This document shows, piece after piece, positions 38,626 to 47,738 of a DNA stretch of 64,000 nucleotides. The stretch is from a bacterium (GTDB lineage: Bacteria > Patescibacteriota > Microgenomatia > Daviesbacterales > UBA10151), in NCBI GenBank assembly GCA_021786105.1, contig JAJYNW010000010.1, positions 1 through 64,000 on the forward strand, written 5' to 3'. A model generated the notes under the pieces. It made no database searches. It was not told where the DNA came from and worked only from the letters and a program-made list of their open reading frames with translations. The translations under genes were made by a program, and so were the position numbers. The stretch's first letter is position 1. Every line of letters begins with the position of its first letter.

Positions 38626-38784
38626 ATGAATAACAACATCATAAAAGTGGGAGCAATTGTTTGCATAGTGACAGGATCAGGATTAGCCTTTTCAAATTTA
38701 AGTGGAAGCAATGATCATATCCCCCTACTGTACCATGGAGCGATAATTGCATTTGGTTTTTATATGCTACTAAAGAAAAATTAA
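38626..38784 (+). CDS. Small two-TM passenger peptide (52 aa)
   Basis: AGGAGGTG SD at 38609-38616; MNNNIIKVGAIVCIVTGSGLAF...AIIAFGFYMLLKKN*. Confidence 0.6.
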   Translation: MNNNIIKVGAIVCIVTGSGLAFSNLSGSNDHIPLLYHGAIIAFGFYMLLKKN

Positions 38785-38814
38785 AGTGTCAGATAAATTT
38801 ACCATCCTTAAAAA

Positions 38815-38834
38815 AGTACCTACGCGTAGGTACT
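38815..38834. terminator. Perfect 20-bp palindrome between convergent passenger and transposase genes
   Basis: AGTACCTACGCGTAGGTACT preceded by an A-run. Confidence 0.55.
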
Positions 38835-38911
38835 AAAATTTGTTGTTTTTGAGGCTGAATTTGTTAAAAACACAGACTCTTTATTCTTATATAAATATAA
38901 GATGATGCAAA

Positions 38912-39859
38912 CTAAGCAACTTTGACTTGAGAGATAACTTTTATATTAGCTATTTCACTTAGTAACTTTTCAAACATTTTATCCTGATATTTTCTGTTAT
39001 TGTATCTCCAACTATATTCATCAATATATGCCTGTAAGTATTTTTTAGATACAACTCTGTACACTCCATAAATACCTCGTTTTAGAATTGACCAAAGATT
39101 TTCAACATTCTGGGTATAAATATCACCAACTACATAAGTTTCTTTATGTTTTACAAAATCATGTTTATAACAGTGATATTTTAATTGGGTATATCCATAA
39201 TATTCATCAGTTATAACTCGGGCTTTTGCATCGACATGATTTTTAATCTGCTCAAGCAGTGTCCATTTGCCAGTATTGGGGATATGTTTTAAATATACTT
39301 TGTTGCCTCCTGTATCTGTCCCGTTTTTGTCTTGTTCATTTCTTTGCACCATTCCCATAACGACCTCTTTTGGTATTTCATTAAAGTTTGGTTTAAAAGC
39401 TCTATTTTTTCCTTTTCCTCCAATAAAAGTTTCATCTATTTCAACTGTGCCATCAAGTAGCTCACCATTACCACCTGAGCTTTCTGTACCAATCGTATTT
39501 ACCATAAGCATTCTTATTTGCTTAAACATTCTCCAGGCAGTTTTGTAGGTTACACCAAGCATCCGTTCTAATTGTTTTGCAGAAGTACCACTCCTGGTTT
39601 GGGTCATCAGATACATGGCAAAAAACCAAAGATCAAGTGGGGTTGTAGTTTTTTCAAAAATAGTTCCAGCAAGTGGATAAATGTGATGACCGCAATTATT
39701 GCAAGCGTAAGCAGTTCTTCCTTTAACAGTATAAAACTTTTCTTTTCCTTTGCATTTGGGACATTCCATTAAGTCGGAGAAACGAAGTCTTTTAATTACC
39801 TCAAGACACTGCTCATGAGTACCATATTCTTGTCTAAATTCTTTGAGGCTAAATTTCAT
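38912..39859 (-). CDS. IS1595-family (ISXO2-like) DDE transposase
   Basis: CPKC...CNNC Zn ribbon, GTIFE, VEIDETFIGGK, ITDEY, TQNVENLWS, YLQAYIDEYSWRYN. Confidence 0.93.
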   Translation of the reverse strand: MKFSLKEFRQEYGTHEQCLEVIKRLRFSDLMECPKCKGKEKFYTVKGRTAYACNNCGHHIYPLAGTIFEKTTTPLDLWFFAMYLMTQTRSGTSAKQLERMLGVTYKTAWRMFKQIRMLMVNTIGTESSGGNGELLDGTVEIDETFIGGKGKNRAFKPNFNEIPKEVVMGMVQRNEQDKNGTDTGGNKVYLKHIPNTGKWTLLEQIKNHVDAKARVITDEYYGYTQLKYHCYKHDFVKHKETYVVGDIYTQNVENLWSILKRGIYGVYRVVSKKYLQAYIDEYSWRYNNRKYQDKMFEKLLSEIANIKVISQVKVA

Positions 39860-39961
39860 AGGATAAACTTATCTTAGCATGAATCTTCCTTGTCGTCAAG
39901 GGATAAATGCCTAAATCTCCCCTTGACAACCGGCTTCTTGTGGTTAACAATGGTTTCTTCC

Positions 39962-41257
39962 ATGTCATCAAAGGTTTTTAAATTAATTGCAGAAGAAGCC
40001 CACCGTCAAAAGTATGGTTTGGAAATGATCCCTTCAGAAAATTATGTTTCCAAAGATGTTTTAAGAGCTTTGGGGTCTATCCTGACTAATAAATATTCAG
40101 AAGGTTTTCCCGGCAGACGTTATTATGGCGGCAATGAAGTGATTGATAAAATTGAAAATTATGCTGTGGATTTGGCAAAGGAATTGTTCGGTGTGCCGGC
40201 CGCGTTTGTCCAATCTTATTCCGGTTCCCCGGCCAATCAGGCTATCACGATGGCAGTTTGTGAGCCGGGTGAGATAGTGATGGGGTTGGCTTTGTCTTCC
40301 GGCGGACATTTAACCCACGGTGCTAAATTAAATTTTTCCAGTATTTTCTTTAAAGCAGTTAATTATACTGTCGGTGAAGACTGGAAAATAAATTTTGGAG
40401 AACTGGAAGCTTTGGCCAAAAAACATAAACCAAAAATGATTTGGGTGGGAACGACTGCATATCCTTTTAAGCTGGATTATAAGAAATTCAGAAAAATTGC
40501 CGATGAAGTAAATGCCACACTGGTTGCAGATATTTCCCACATTACCGGGTTAATTATCGGCGGTGTTCACGAGTCACCAGTACCTTACGTTGACATCATT
40601 ATGACAACTACCCATAAAACTTTGCGGGGTCCGAGGGGAGCCATGATTTTGGTAACTGACCGGGGATTAAAAAGGGATCCGGAAATCAAAGGAAAAATTG
40701 AAAGAGCGATAATTCCCGGGATCCAGGGCGGGCCGCATAATCATCAAACAGCCGCTATTGCAGTAAGTTTAGAAGAAGCTTTAAAACCTTCGTTTAAAAA
40801 ATATGCTGCCCAAGTTGCTAAAAATGCGGCAGTGCTGGCCAGAGAATTGGGAACAGTTTCAGAAACTCATTTGATACTTTTGACTTTAACTGAATATGGT
40901 TATGGTATGGGTTATCAGGCCCAATATGCATTGGAGGAAGCGGGGATTACAGTTAATAAAAATACGATCCCCGGAGAACCAGCTTCTCCTTTTTATCCTT
41001 CAGGTATCCGCTTGGGAACGCCGGCTTTAACAACCAGAGGGATGAAGGAAAAAGATATGGTTAAGGTGGCCAGTTGGATTAAGATGGTTTTGGAAGAAAT
41101 TAGGAGTTTGGATTTGCCGGAAGAACAGGAAAAAAGAAAAGATTTCTTAAAAGAAGTTAGAGTTAAATTGCACCAAAATAAAAATTTGAAAAAAATCAGA
41201 AAAGAAGTGGAGAAATTTGCTGGAAAATTTCCTATGCCAGGTGTAGATGATATTTAG
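39962..41257 (+). CDS. glyA: Serine hydroxymethyltransferase (start MSSKVF at 39962)
   Basis: IPSENY, NKYSEG, GGHLTHG, TTTHKTLRGPRG, SGIRLGTP. Confidence 0.97.
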   Translation: MSSKVFKLIAEEAHRQKYGLEMIPSENYVSKDVLRALGSILTNKYSEGFPGRRYYGGNEVIDKIENYAVDLAKELFGVPAAFVQSYSGSPANQAITMAVCEPGEIVMGLALSSGGHLTHGAKLNFSSIFFKAVNYTVGEDWKINFGELEALAKKHKPKMIWVGTTAYPFKLDYKKFRKIADEVNATLVADISHITGLIIGGVHESPVPYVDIIMTTTHKTLRGPRGAMILVTDRGLKRDPEIKGKIERAIIPGIQGGPHNHQTAAIAVSLEEALKPSFKKYAAQVAKNAAVLARELGTVSETHLILLTLTEYGYGMGYQAQYALEEAGITVNKNTIPGEPASPFYPSGIRLGTPALTTRGMKEKDMVKVASWIKMVLEEIRSLDLPEEQEKRKDFLKEVRVKLHQNKNLKKIRKEVEKFAGKFPMPGVDDI

Positions 41258-41311
41258 TTTCCCAATCCCGGTTTGTAATTTCAAATCCAAACCCGGATTG
41301 TAGGTTCAATT

Positions 41312-42157
41312 ATGAAAGTATCTGGTAAAGCAGTTGCAGCAGCCATCTCCAAAAAGCTCCAAAAAAAAATTGAAAAATTAACAGTAAAACCAACCCTCGC
41401 CATTATTTTGGTCGGAGAAGATCCTTCCTCCCGGATGTATGTTGATTTTAAAATTAAGGCGGCCAAACGAATTGGGGTGGGGATAAAATTTTATGAATTT
41501 TCCGAAGATCAATACAGAGAAACTTTAAAAACCATCCAAAAGTTAAATGCCGATAAACAAGTTCACGGGATAATAATTCAATACCCAATTTATAAAAGTT
41601 GGGACTTTGATGAGCTGTTTTCAGCAGTTGATCCAGAAAAAGATGTAGATGGCTTTCATGAAAACTCTCCTTTTGGCGGGGCTACCGCCATTGGAGTTTG
41701 GGAAATGCTGACTGCTTTTGCGCTGATTGAGGGATTTAAAAAAACAGAGGAATTTTTGAAAGATAAAAAGATTGTGGTTTTAGGTAGAGGCAAAACAGCC
41801 GGCGGCCCGATTATAAAACTTTTGGGAAGTCATGGTTTGCAGGTAACGGTGGTAGCTCACGATACTGAAAATCCGCAAAGCGTAATCAAAAGCGGAGATG
41901 TGATAATCTCGGCAACCGGGGTGAAAAATATTGTTAATAAAACTAATCTTAAAAACGGCAGCTTTGTGATTGGAGTTGGGGTGGGTAAAGAAATAGTGGA
42001 CGGGCAGTCCAAAGTTTATGGAGATATTAATGAAGAAGATGTAGAAAAAATTGCCAAATTATATTGCCCGACCATTGGTGGGATTGGGCCTTTGACAATT
42101 GTGAGTTTGCTCGAGAATACGATAGAGGCAAGTATCAGACAACAAAAAAAAGATTAA
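41312..42157 (+). CDS. folD: Methylene-THF dehydrogenase/cyclohydrolase
   Basis: LAIILVGEDPSS, KDVDG, VVLGRG, GGIGPLT. Confidence 0.9.
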   Translation: MKVSGKAVAAAISKKLQKKIEKLTVKPTLAIILVGEDPSSRMYVDFKIKAAKRIGVGIKFYEFSEDQYRETLKTIQKLNADKQVHGIIIQYPIYKSWDFDELFSAVDPEKDVDGFHENSPFGGATAIGVWEMLTAFALIEGFKKTEEFLKDKKIVVLGRGKTAGGPIIKLLGSHGLQVTVVAHDTENPQSVIKSGDVIISATGVKNIVNKTNLKNGSFVIGVGVGKEIVDGQSKVYGDINEEDVEKIAKLYCPTIGGIGPLTIVSLLENTIEASIRQQKKD

Positions 42158-42750
42158 TACTCTTTTCTTCCTTCCAAAGCTCTGGATAAGGTTGTTTCAT
42201 CAGCATATTCCAAATCAGACCCCACCGGCAAGCCTCGGGCAATCCGGGTAACTTTTACTCCCAAAGGAGAAATCAATCTTTGGATATACATGGCAGTGGC
42301 TTCTCCTTCCATAGTCGGATTGGTGGCCAAAATTATTTCTTTAACTTTGCCATTTTTGAGTCTTGGTAAAAGTTCCCTAATATGAATTTCTGAAGGACCG
42401 ATATTTTCCAAGGGGGAAATTACTCCATGCAAGACATGGTAAAGCCCTTTAAAGTTGGCTTTCTCCAAAGCCAAAACATCCAAAGGATTTTCTACTACTG
42501 TAATTACGGTTTGGTCGCGGTTTTGGTCGGAACAAATTTGGCAGGGATCTTCTTCTCCAATATTAAAACAAATTGAACAGATTTTGGTTTTTTCTTTCAT
42601 GCCTAATGCGGCCTCAGCCAAAGCTTTGGTTTCAGTATCCGGCGCATGCAGAAGGTAATAGGTGAGTCTTTGGGCGGTTTTTGGCCCAATGCCGGGGAGC
42701 CTTTCAAATGCCTCGATTAAATTTTGTACTGACTTGGGGATTTGTGCCAT
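42154..42750 (-). CDS. recR: Recombination protein RecR
   Basis: LPGIGPKTAQR, C4 Zn finger, YHVLHG, ATNPTMEGEATA. Confidence 0.97.
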   Translation of the reverse strand: MAQIPKSVQNLIEAFERLPGIGPKTAQRLTYYLLHAPDTETKALAEAALGMKEKTKICSICFNIGEEDPCQICSDQNRDQTVITVVENPLDVLALEKANFKGLYHVLHGVISPLENIGPSEIHIRELLPRLKNGKVKEIILATNPTMEGEATAMYIQRLISPLGVKVTRIARGLPVGSDLEYADETTLSRALEGRKEY

Positions 42751-42816
42751 GGTGGGTGAATTTTACCATTTATAGGAGACCATTGCGAGCGCTAGAGGAT
42801 TGAATTGGTATAAGTT

Positions 42817-43095
42817 TTACATTCCGGGGATGCCTAAACCGCCCATCATACCTTTCATCTCGTCAGCTGCTACTTTTTGGGATTGTTTTAAGGCTTCGTT
42901 TACTGCTTCGGTAATTTTGTCAAAATTTTGTTCACCGGAAATGGAAATTATCTTTTGGTCAGCAGTCATGATTACTGTTACGCCTTTATGTTCCACTGTA
43001 ATCTTAATCCCGGCCAGCTTTTTTTGCATTTCCAGGGCCTGATCCCGCATTTTCTTGAGGTCTCCAAGTTGTTTTAAATTATCCATTAAACCCAT
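42817..43095 (-). CDS. ybaB: YbaB/EbfC nucleoid-associated protein
   Basis: Size, AVNEAL motif, position upstream of recR. Confidence 0.85.
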   Translation of the reverse strand: MGLMDNLKQLGDLKKMRDQALEMQKKLAGIKITVEHKGVTVIMTADQKIISISGEQNFDKITEAVNEALKQSQKVAADEMKGMMGGLGIPGM

Positions 43096-43153
43096 ATGCA
43101 GGAATTATATAATATCTTGAAAGTGAAGTCGAGATTTATGTTAAGATATCTGC

Positions 43154-43582
43154 ATGAATAGCGGAGTTAAGCAATTTGCCGGGGAGGTAAAACAGGCCAC
43201 GGGGGAAGTGGCTCAAGATGTGAAAGACCAGTTTGGGCAGGCGTTGGAACAGGGTGCTCAATCAATTGCCGGCAGCCAACTTACCCCGCAACAAATTCAG
43301 CAAAAACAACAGGAAGACCAAAAAAAAGAGTTAGAAAGACAAAGACAGCTGGTTTATACCAGGAAGTGGCTTAAGGATTTGGAAATGTCTCAGCAAAAAG
43401 CCAGGATGGAAAATAAACAGAAAGAACAGCAAAGATTGCAAGGCCAGCAGCGAGAGGTGCAGGAGAAAAAGATGGCGGAAATCCAAAAAACACAGGCCAC
43501 CAAAAGACCTGGTGGTACTACCCAAGATGCCATTCAAAGATCTCAGGCAGAACTAAAAGTTGGAAAAGGAGTCGGAGGGTAG
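43154..43582 (+). CDS. Q/K-rich coiled-coil hypothetical protein
   Basis: 142-aa ORF ending 2 nt before cysS. Confidence 0.65.
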   Translation: MNSGVKQFAGEVKQATGEVAQDVKDQFGQALEQGAQSIAGSQLTPQQIQQKQQEDQKKELERQRQLVYTRKWLKDLEMSQQKARMENKQKEQQRLQGQQREVQEKKMAEIQKTQATKRPGGTTQDAIQRSQAELKVGKGVGG

Positions 43583-43584
43583 GG

Positions 43585-44952
43585 ATGTTAAAGCTATATA
43601 ACACACTATCACGAAAAGTTGAGGACTTTGTTCCTATAAATACACCAAAGGTTGGACTTTATACTTGTGGCCCGACCGTTTATAACTTTGTCCATATCGG
43701 CAATTTAAGAACTTATATTTTTGAAGATATTTTGCAGAGGGTTTTAGAGGCTGATAGTTATGAAGTCAACAGAGTGATAAATATTACTGATATCGAAGAC
43801 AAAATTATCAAAAAAGCTGAGGAAGAAAGAGTAAGTATTGAGGTCATTACCAAGCCGTACGAGCAGGCTTTTTTGGAAAATTTACAAAAACTTAATATTA
43901 AATCAGCCAATGTTTATCCTAGGGCCACCGAGCACATTGGCAAAATGATCAAATATATTGAAGTTTTGATTGAAAAGGGTTTGGCGTATGTGGAAAAAGA
44001 TGGGTCAGTGTATTTTGATATTTCCAAATTCCCGGAATATGGGAAGTTATCTCAGCTTGATAAACGGGAAATTAAAGCCGGAGCTAGGGTAAAAGCTGAT
44101 GAATATTCCAAAGAAGATGTTGTCGATTTTGCCTTATGGAAAGCAGTCGGGTCGGATGAAATTGGTTATGATTCGCCGTGGGGCAAGGGTCGGCCGGGTT
44201 GGCATATTGAATGTTCGGTGATGAGTCAGGAATATTTGGGGGATACTTTTGATATTCACGCCGGAGCGGTTGATTTAATTTTTCCTCATCATGAAAATGA
44301 GATAGCTCAGTCTGAGGGTAAAACCGGTAAGAAGTTTGCTAATTTTTTTATTGAAGGCGAGCATTTGTTGGTAGACGGCCAAAAAATGGCCAAGTCTTTG
44401 GGTAATTTTTTCACCTTGAAGGATATTGAAGCCAAAGGATTTGACCCTTTGGCTTTCAGGTATTTGGTATTAACTGCCCATTACAGGGACAAATTAAATT
44501 TCACCTGGGAATCTTTGCAGGCTGCCCAAAATGCTTTAAATAATTTAAGGGAAATTATTCGTGATTGGCCTTCTTCTGTCATTGCGAGCCCCGAAGGGGT
44601 GCGGCAATCTTATTACCAGAAATTTATGAGTGCTGTCAATAATGATTTAAATATACCCCAAGCTTTGGCGGTAATGTGGGATATGGTCAAATCTGATAAT
44701 CCAACTTCTGCCAAAGCCAAATCAATTTTGGAAATGGATAAAATTTTAGGCTTAAAGTTAGATGAATATTTAGGGAAAAAACTGGAAATTCCGGAAGAAG
44801 TACAAAAGTTAGTTAACCAAAGGGAACAAGCGCGTAAATCTGGAGACTTCAAAAAATCAGATGAACTGCGCCATGAAATTAAAAAACTAGGTTTTGAAAT
44901 CGAAGATACTCCTCAAGGTCCCAAAATAAAAATTGACAAACAGCCCTCCTAG
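43585..44952 (+). CDS. cysS: Cysteinyl-tRNA synthetase
   Basis: CGPTVY, HIGN, GRPGWHIEC, FPHHENE, KMAKS. Confidence 0.97.
   Translation: MLKLYNTLSRKVEDFVPINTPKVGLYTCGPTVYNFVHIGNLRTYIFEDILQRVLEADSYEVNRVINITDIEDKIIKKAEEERVSIEVITKPYEQAFLENLQKLNIKSANVYPRATEHIGKMIKYIEVLIEKGLAYVEKDGSVYFDISKFPEYGKLSQLDKREIKAGARVKADEYSKEDVVDFALWKAVGSDEIGYDSPWGKGRPGWHIECSVMSQEYLGDTFDIHAGAVDLIFPHHENEIAQSEGKTGKKFANFFIEGEHLLVDGQKMAKSLGNFFTLKDIEAKGFDPLAFRYLVLTAHYRDKLNFTWESLQAAQNALNNLREIIRDWPSSVIASPEGVRQSYYQKFMSAVNNDLNIPQALAVMWDMVKSDNPTSAKAKSILEMDKILGLKLDEYLGKKLEIPEEVQKLVNQREQARKSGDFKKSDELRHEIKKLGFEIEDTPQGPKIKIDKQPS
44578..44610 (+). repeat. Family A arm in frame in cysS
   Basis: GTCATTGCGAGCCCCGAAGGGGTGCGGCAATCT = VIASPEGVRQS. 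Confidence 0.85.
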
Positions 44953-44971
44953 ATATAAACTATCGGATAAT

Positions 44972-45490
44972 ATGACAGCAGAGTTTGAACAATTACCGAC
45001 AACCCATTTTTTAGTAAGACAAGGAATAATTGGATCAGGAAATTCAGTGTTGCCTTGGAAAGGGCGAATTTTTGAGAGAGTTCCTATTAATGTAACAGTG
45101 AATTGGAAACCAGGAATTACAGATGTAGAAATTAGCAATCAATTTGTTGCAGAGAGATTGCAGATCAGAGAAGTATTTGCTGATATGGTTATGCTAAGGC
45201 AAAATGCGTTTGGTATAAAAGGAATCATTCTGGAGCCAGACAACAAAGATTTTGACTGGTATTTTGGTTCTTTTGACCCAAATTCTCGTGATCTTTATTT
45301 AAAAAGAGAGGGCCGCGATTGGATAACAGTACCTACAAATATTGGAAGCTTTCCACAAAGAATAGTAGCTGATATTGATAGAGAGAAAACAGAAAGATAT
45401 TTACCTAAAGGGGGAACAGTGGATGAAGCTATTGAAGCATTTATGAGAATTAGAAGAATAATAGAATCTGCAATTCCGTTTACAACCTAA
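44972..45490 (+). CDS. Hypothetical protein (start MTAEFE at 44972)
   Basis: Promoter TTGACA(44933)-N17-TAAACT(44956) overlapping the cysS end. Confidence 0.6.
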   Translation: MTAEFEQLPTTHFLVRQGIIGSGNSVLPWKGRIFERVPINVTVNWKPGITDVEISNQFVAERLQIREVFADMVMLRQNAFGIKGIILEPDNKDFDWYFGSFDPNSRDLYLKREGRDWITVPTNIGSFPQRIVADIDREKTERYLPKGGTVDEAIEAFMRIRRIIESAIPFTT

Positions 45491-45541
45491 TTTATTTCCT
45501 GATTTTTATTTTCTTCACGGCTGTGAACATTTTGGAAATCA

Positions 45542-45657
45542 AGATTGCTTTGTCGCTTTTTGTCATCGCGAGACCAGAAGCGACAAAATAGCCAATGGTT
45601 GTGGTATATTTTGTATAAAATCCTTAGGTGTAGCTACACTTCCACCTCGGAGGTGGA
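45542..45657. repeat. Cluster of degenerate family A and family B hairpins
   Basis: AGATTGCTTTGTCGC...GTCATCGCGAG...GCGACAAA; TCCACCTCGGAGGTGGA 45641-45657. Confidence 0.55.
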
Positions 45658-45711
45658 ATCAGAATTACATAGATAGTTTTGAGCGGTTGAATTGTGGTAA
45701 ACTAGATCCTT

Positions 45712-46410
45712 GTGGAAACTGAAGTTATTACAATTGACGGGCCGACCAGTTCCGGGAAAAACAGCGTGGGTTTTTTACTGGCGCAAAAATTAGGCTACCA
45801 ATATATTGATTCCGGTTCAATTTACCGGGCCGGCAGTATTTTCGTTTTGCGGAACAATATTTCCCCAGATAGCGAAAAAGTTGCGGAAGTTTTCAAAAAT
45901 CTGCAAATAGAAACTAAAACTCAAGATCATGAGGTGAGGTTTTTGGTAAATGGGGAAGATATCACAGATCATTTGCATGATCCCGAGGTGACTAAAACTG
46001 TTCCAATTGTTGCTGCTATTGGGGAGGTTAGAGAAGAGGTTAAAAAAATCCAATACAATTTAGTAAATTCTAAAAATACGGTTATGACCGGTAGGGATAT
46101 CGGTTCAGAAATTTTTCCCGATGCCATGCATAAGTTTTATTTAACTGCTTCAGTTGAAGTAAGAGCCCAAAGGCGTTTTAAGCAGTTAGTGGAAAAAGAT
46201 CCAAAAGTAAAATATGAGGAAATTTTGAAGAGTATGGAAGACAGGGATGAGAAGGATATGACTAGAGAGGTGTCCCCCTTACGGATTCCGGAAGATGCGG
46301 TGGTGATAGATAACTCGGATTTAACTATTGAACAAACAGTGGAAAAGATGTTGAAGTATATACAATCAAATGTCATTGCGAACGAAGTGAAGCAATCTGG
46401 GTCGGGTTAA
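45712..46410 (+). CDS. cmk: Cytidylate kinase
   Basis: IDGPTSSGK, DSGSIYR, GRDIG, LTASVEVRAQRR. Confidence 0.94.
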   Translation: METEVITIDGPTSSGKNSVGFLLAQKLGYQYIDSGSIYRAGSIFVLRNNISPDSEKVAEVFKNLQIETKTQDHEVRFLVNGEDITDHLHDPEVTKTVPIVAAIGEVREEVKKIQYNLVNSKNTVMTGRDIGSEIFPDAMHKFYLTASVEVRAQRRFKQLVEKDPKVKYEEILKSMEDRDEKDMTREVSPLRIPEDAVVIDNSDLTIEQTVEKMLKYIQSNVIANEVKQSGSG

Positions 46411-46452
46411 ACATTAACTAGATTGCTTCGTCACTCCGTTCCTCGCAATGGC
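46372..46452. repeat. Family A element spanning the cmk stop codon
   Basis: GTCATTGCGAACGAAGTGAAGCAATCT...AGATTGCTTCGTCAC...CTCGCAATGGC; left arm encodes VIANEVKQS. Confidence 0.85.
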
Positions 46453-46465
46453 AAGGAGTAGTTCT

Positions 46466-47731
46466 ATGCATAAGATGTTTACATTAAAAAATGGCTTAAC
46501 GGTGATGACCATAGATATGCCACATCTCGATTCGTTAACTACGTTGGTAGCCATAGGAGCGGGTTCAAGGTACGAGCAAAAAAGAACCAATGGTATTTCT
46601 CATTTTTTGGAGCACATGTTTTTCAAAGGATCGGTAAAATACCCCACCGCCGAACAGATTGCTACTTTAGTTGACGGCATCGGGGCAGTTAATAATGCTG
46701 CAACTGACAAAGAAATTACTTATTATTGGATTAAATCATCAGCCAAAAATGTCAAGTTAGCTTCCGATCTTCTTTCTTCGATGATCAAGGAATCACTGCT
46801 TGCAGAGGAAGAAATAGAACGCGAAAAAGGAGTGATTGTGGAAGAGCTGAGGATGTACCGGGATAACCCGACCAGGTATGTTTGGGAATTGTATGAAAGA
46901 TTGCAGTTTGGGAACCAGCCTTTAGGTTGGGATATCGGAGGGGATGAAAAAACAGTTACCAATATCAGCCGACAAGATTTAATTTCTTATATGGATTCGC
47001 TTTATTCCCCTAAAAATATAGCACTTATTTACGTCGGGAAATTACCAGAAGATATTAGAAAAATTGCCCAAGAGTATTTTGCAGATTTACCTGAACGGTC
47101 AGAGTATTCTCCCAAAGCCTATCAGAGGAAGAAGCAAATCGAGCCGAAAGCCAGGGCCTTTTATAAAGCTACGGATCAGGCAAACCTGGTTTTAGGAATG
47201 GAAGGTTTTGATCGTTATGATGACAAACGTTATCCTGCCAAGGTTTTAGCCTCAATCTTAGGAGAGGGAATGTCTTCGAGATTATTTATTCAGGTTAGGG
47301 AACGAAGAGGTTTGGCTTATCATATTAGTGCCCACCACAGCAGCTATAAAGATATCGGTACTTTTACTGTTTATGCCGGATTGAAACTGGAAAAAGTGTA
47401 TGAAGGGTTAGAAGTAATTTTAGCAGAGTTGCAAATTTTGACTTCCGAAAAAGTGACAGATGATGAGCTTAAAAAAGCCAAGGAAATGATTAGAGGGAGA
47501 ATTGCTTTGCAGTCCGAGTCCACTAATTTCTTGGCGGAATATTTTGGCACTAACTTTGTTTTGGATAGAAAAGTTGAAACCTTTGATGAAATTTTGAAAA
47601 AGGTTGACAAAACTACTAAAGAAGATATACAAAATCTGGCGCAAGAATTATTTGTCAAAAATAAGTATAACCTGCAGGTTATCGGTCCTTTTAAAAATGC
47701 CAATAAATTTGAGATTATCTTAAACAAGTAA
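46466..47731 (+). CDS. M16 family zinc peptidase (start MHKMF at 46466)
   Basis: HFLEHMFFKG, GMSSRLFIQVRERRGLAY. Confidence 0.93.
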   Translation: MHKMFTLKNGLTVMTIDMPHLDSLTTLVAIGAGSRYEQKRTNGISHFLEHMFFKGSVKYPTAEQIATLVDGIGAVNNAATDKEITYYWIKSSAKNVKLASDLLSSMIKESLLAEEEIEREKGVIVEELRMYRDNPTRYVWELYERLQFGNQPLGWDIGGDEKTVTNISRQDLISYMDSLYSPKNIALIYVGKLPEDIRKIAQEYFADLPERSEYSPKAYQRKKQIEPKARAFYKATDQANLVLGMEGFDRYDDKRYPAKVLASILGEGMSSRLFIQVRERRGLAYHISAHHSSYKDIGTFTVYAGLKLEKVYEGLEVILAELQILTSEKVTDDELKKAKEMIRGRIALQSESTNFLAEYFGTNFVLDRKVETFDEILKKVDKTTKEDIQNLAQELFVKNKYNLQVIGPFKNANKFEIILNK

Positions 47732-47738
47732 ATAAAAG

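Larger units (their letters stand above)
37655..39911 (-). mobile_element. Complete IS1595-family element (2257 bp) with passenger genes
   Basis: IRs GGCATCTATACCATCAAAACAAGGAAG (37655-) vs GGCATTTATCCCTTGACGACAAGGAAG (rc, -39911), 21/27 identical; 8-bp TSD TAAATCTC at 37647-37654 and 39912-39919. Confidence 0.92.

Noticed and set aside
39890-39961. N-terminal extension of GlyA in the ORF track
   Set aside because: It starts inside the IS IR and spans the TSD and promoter; the ATG at 39962 fits better.
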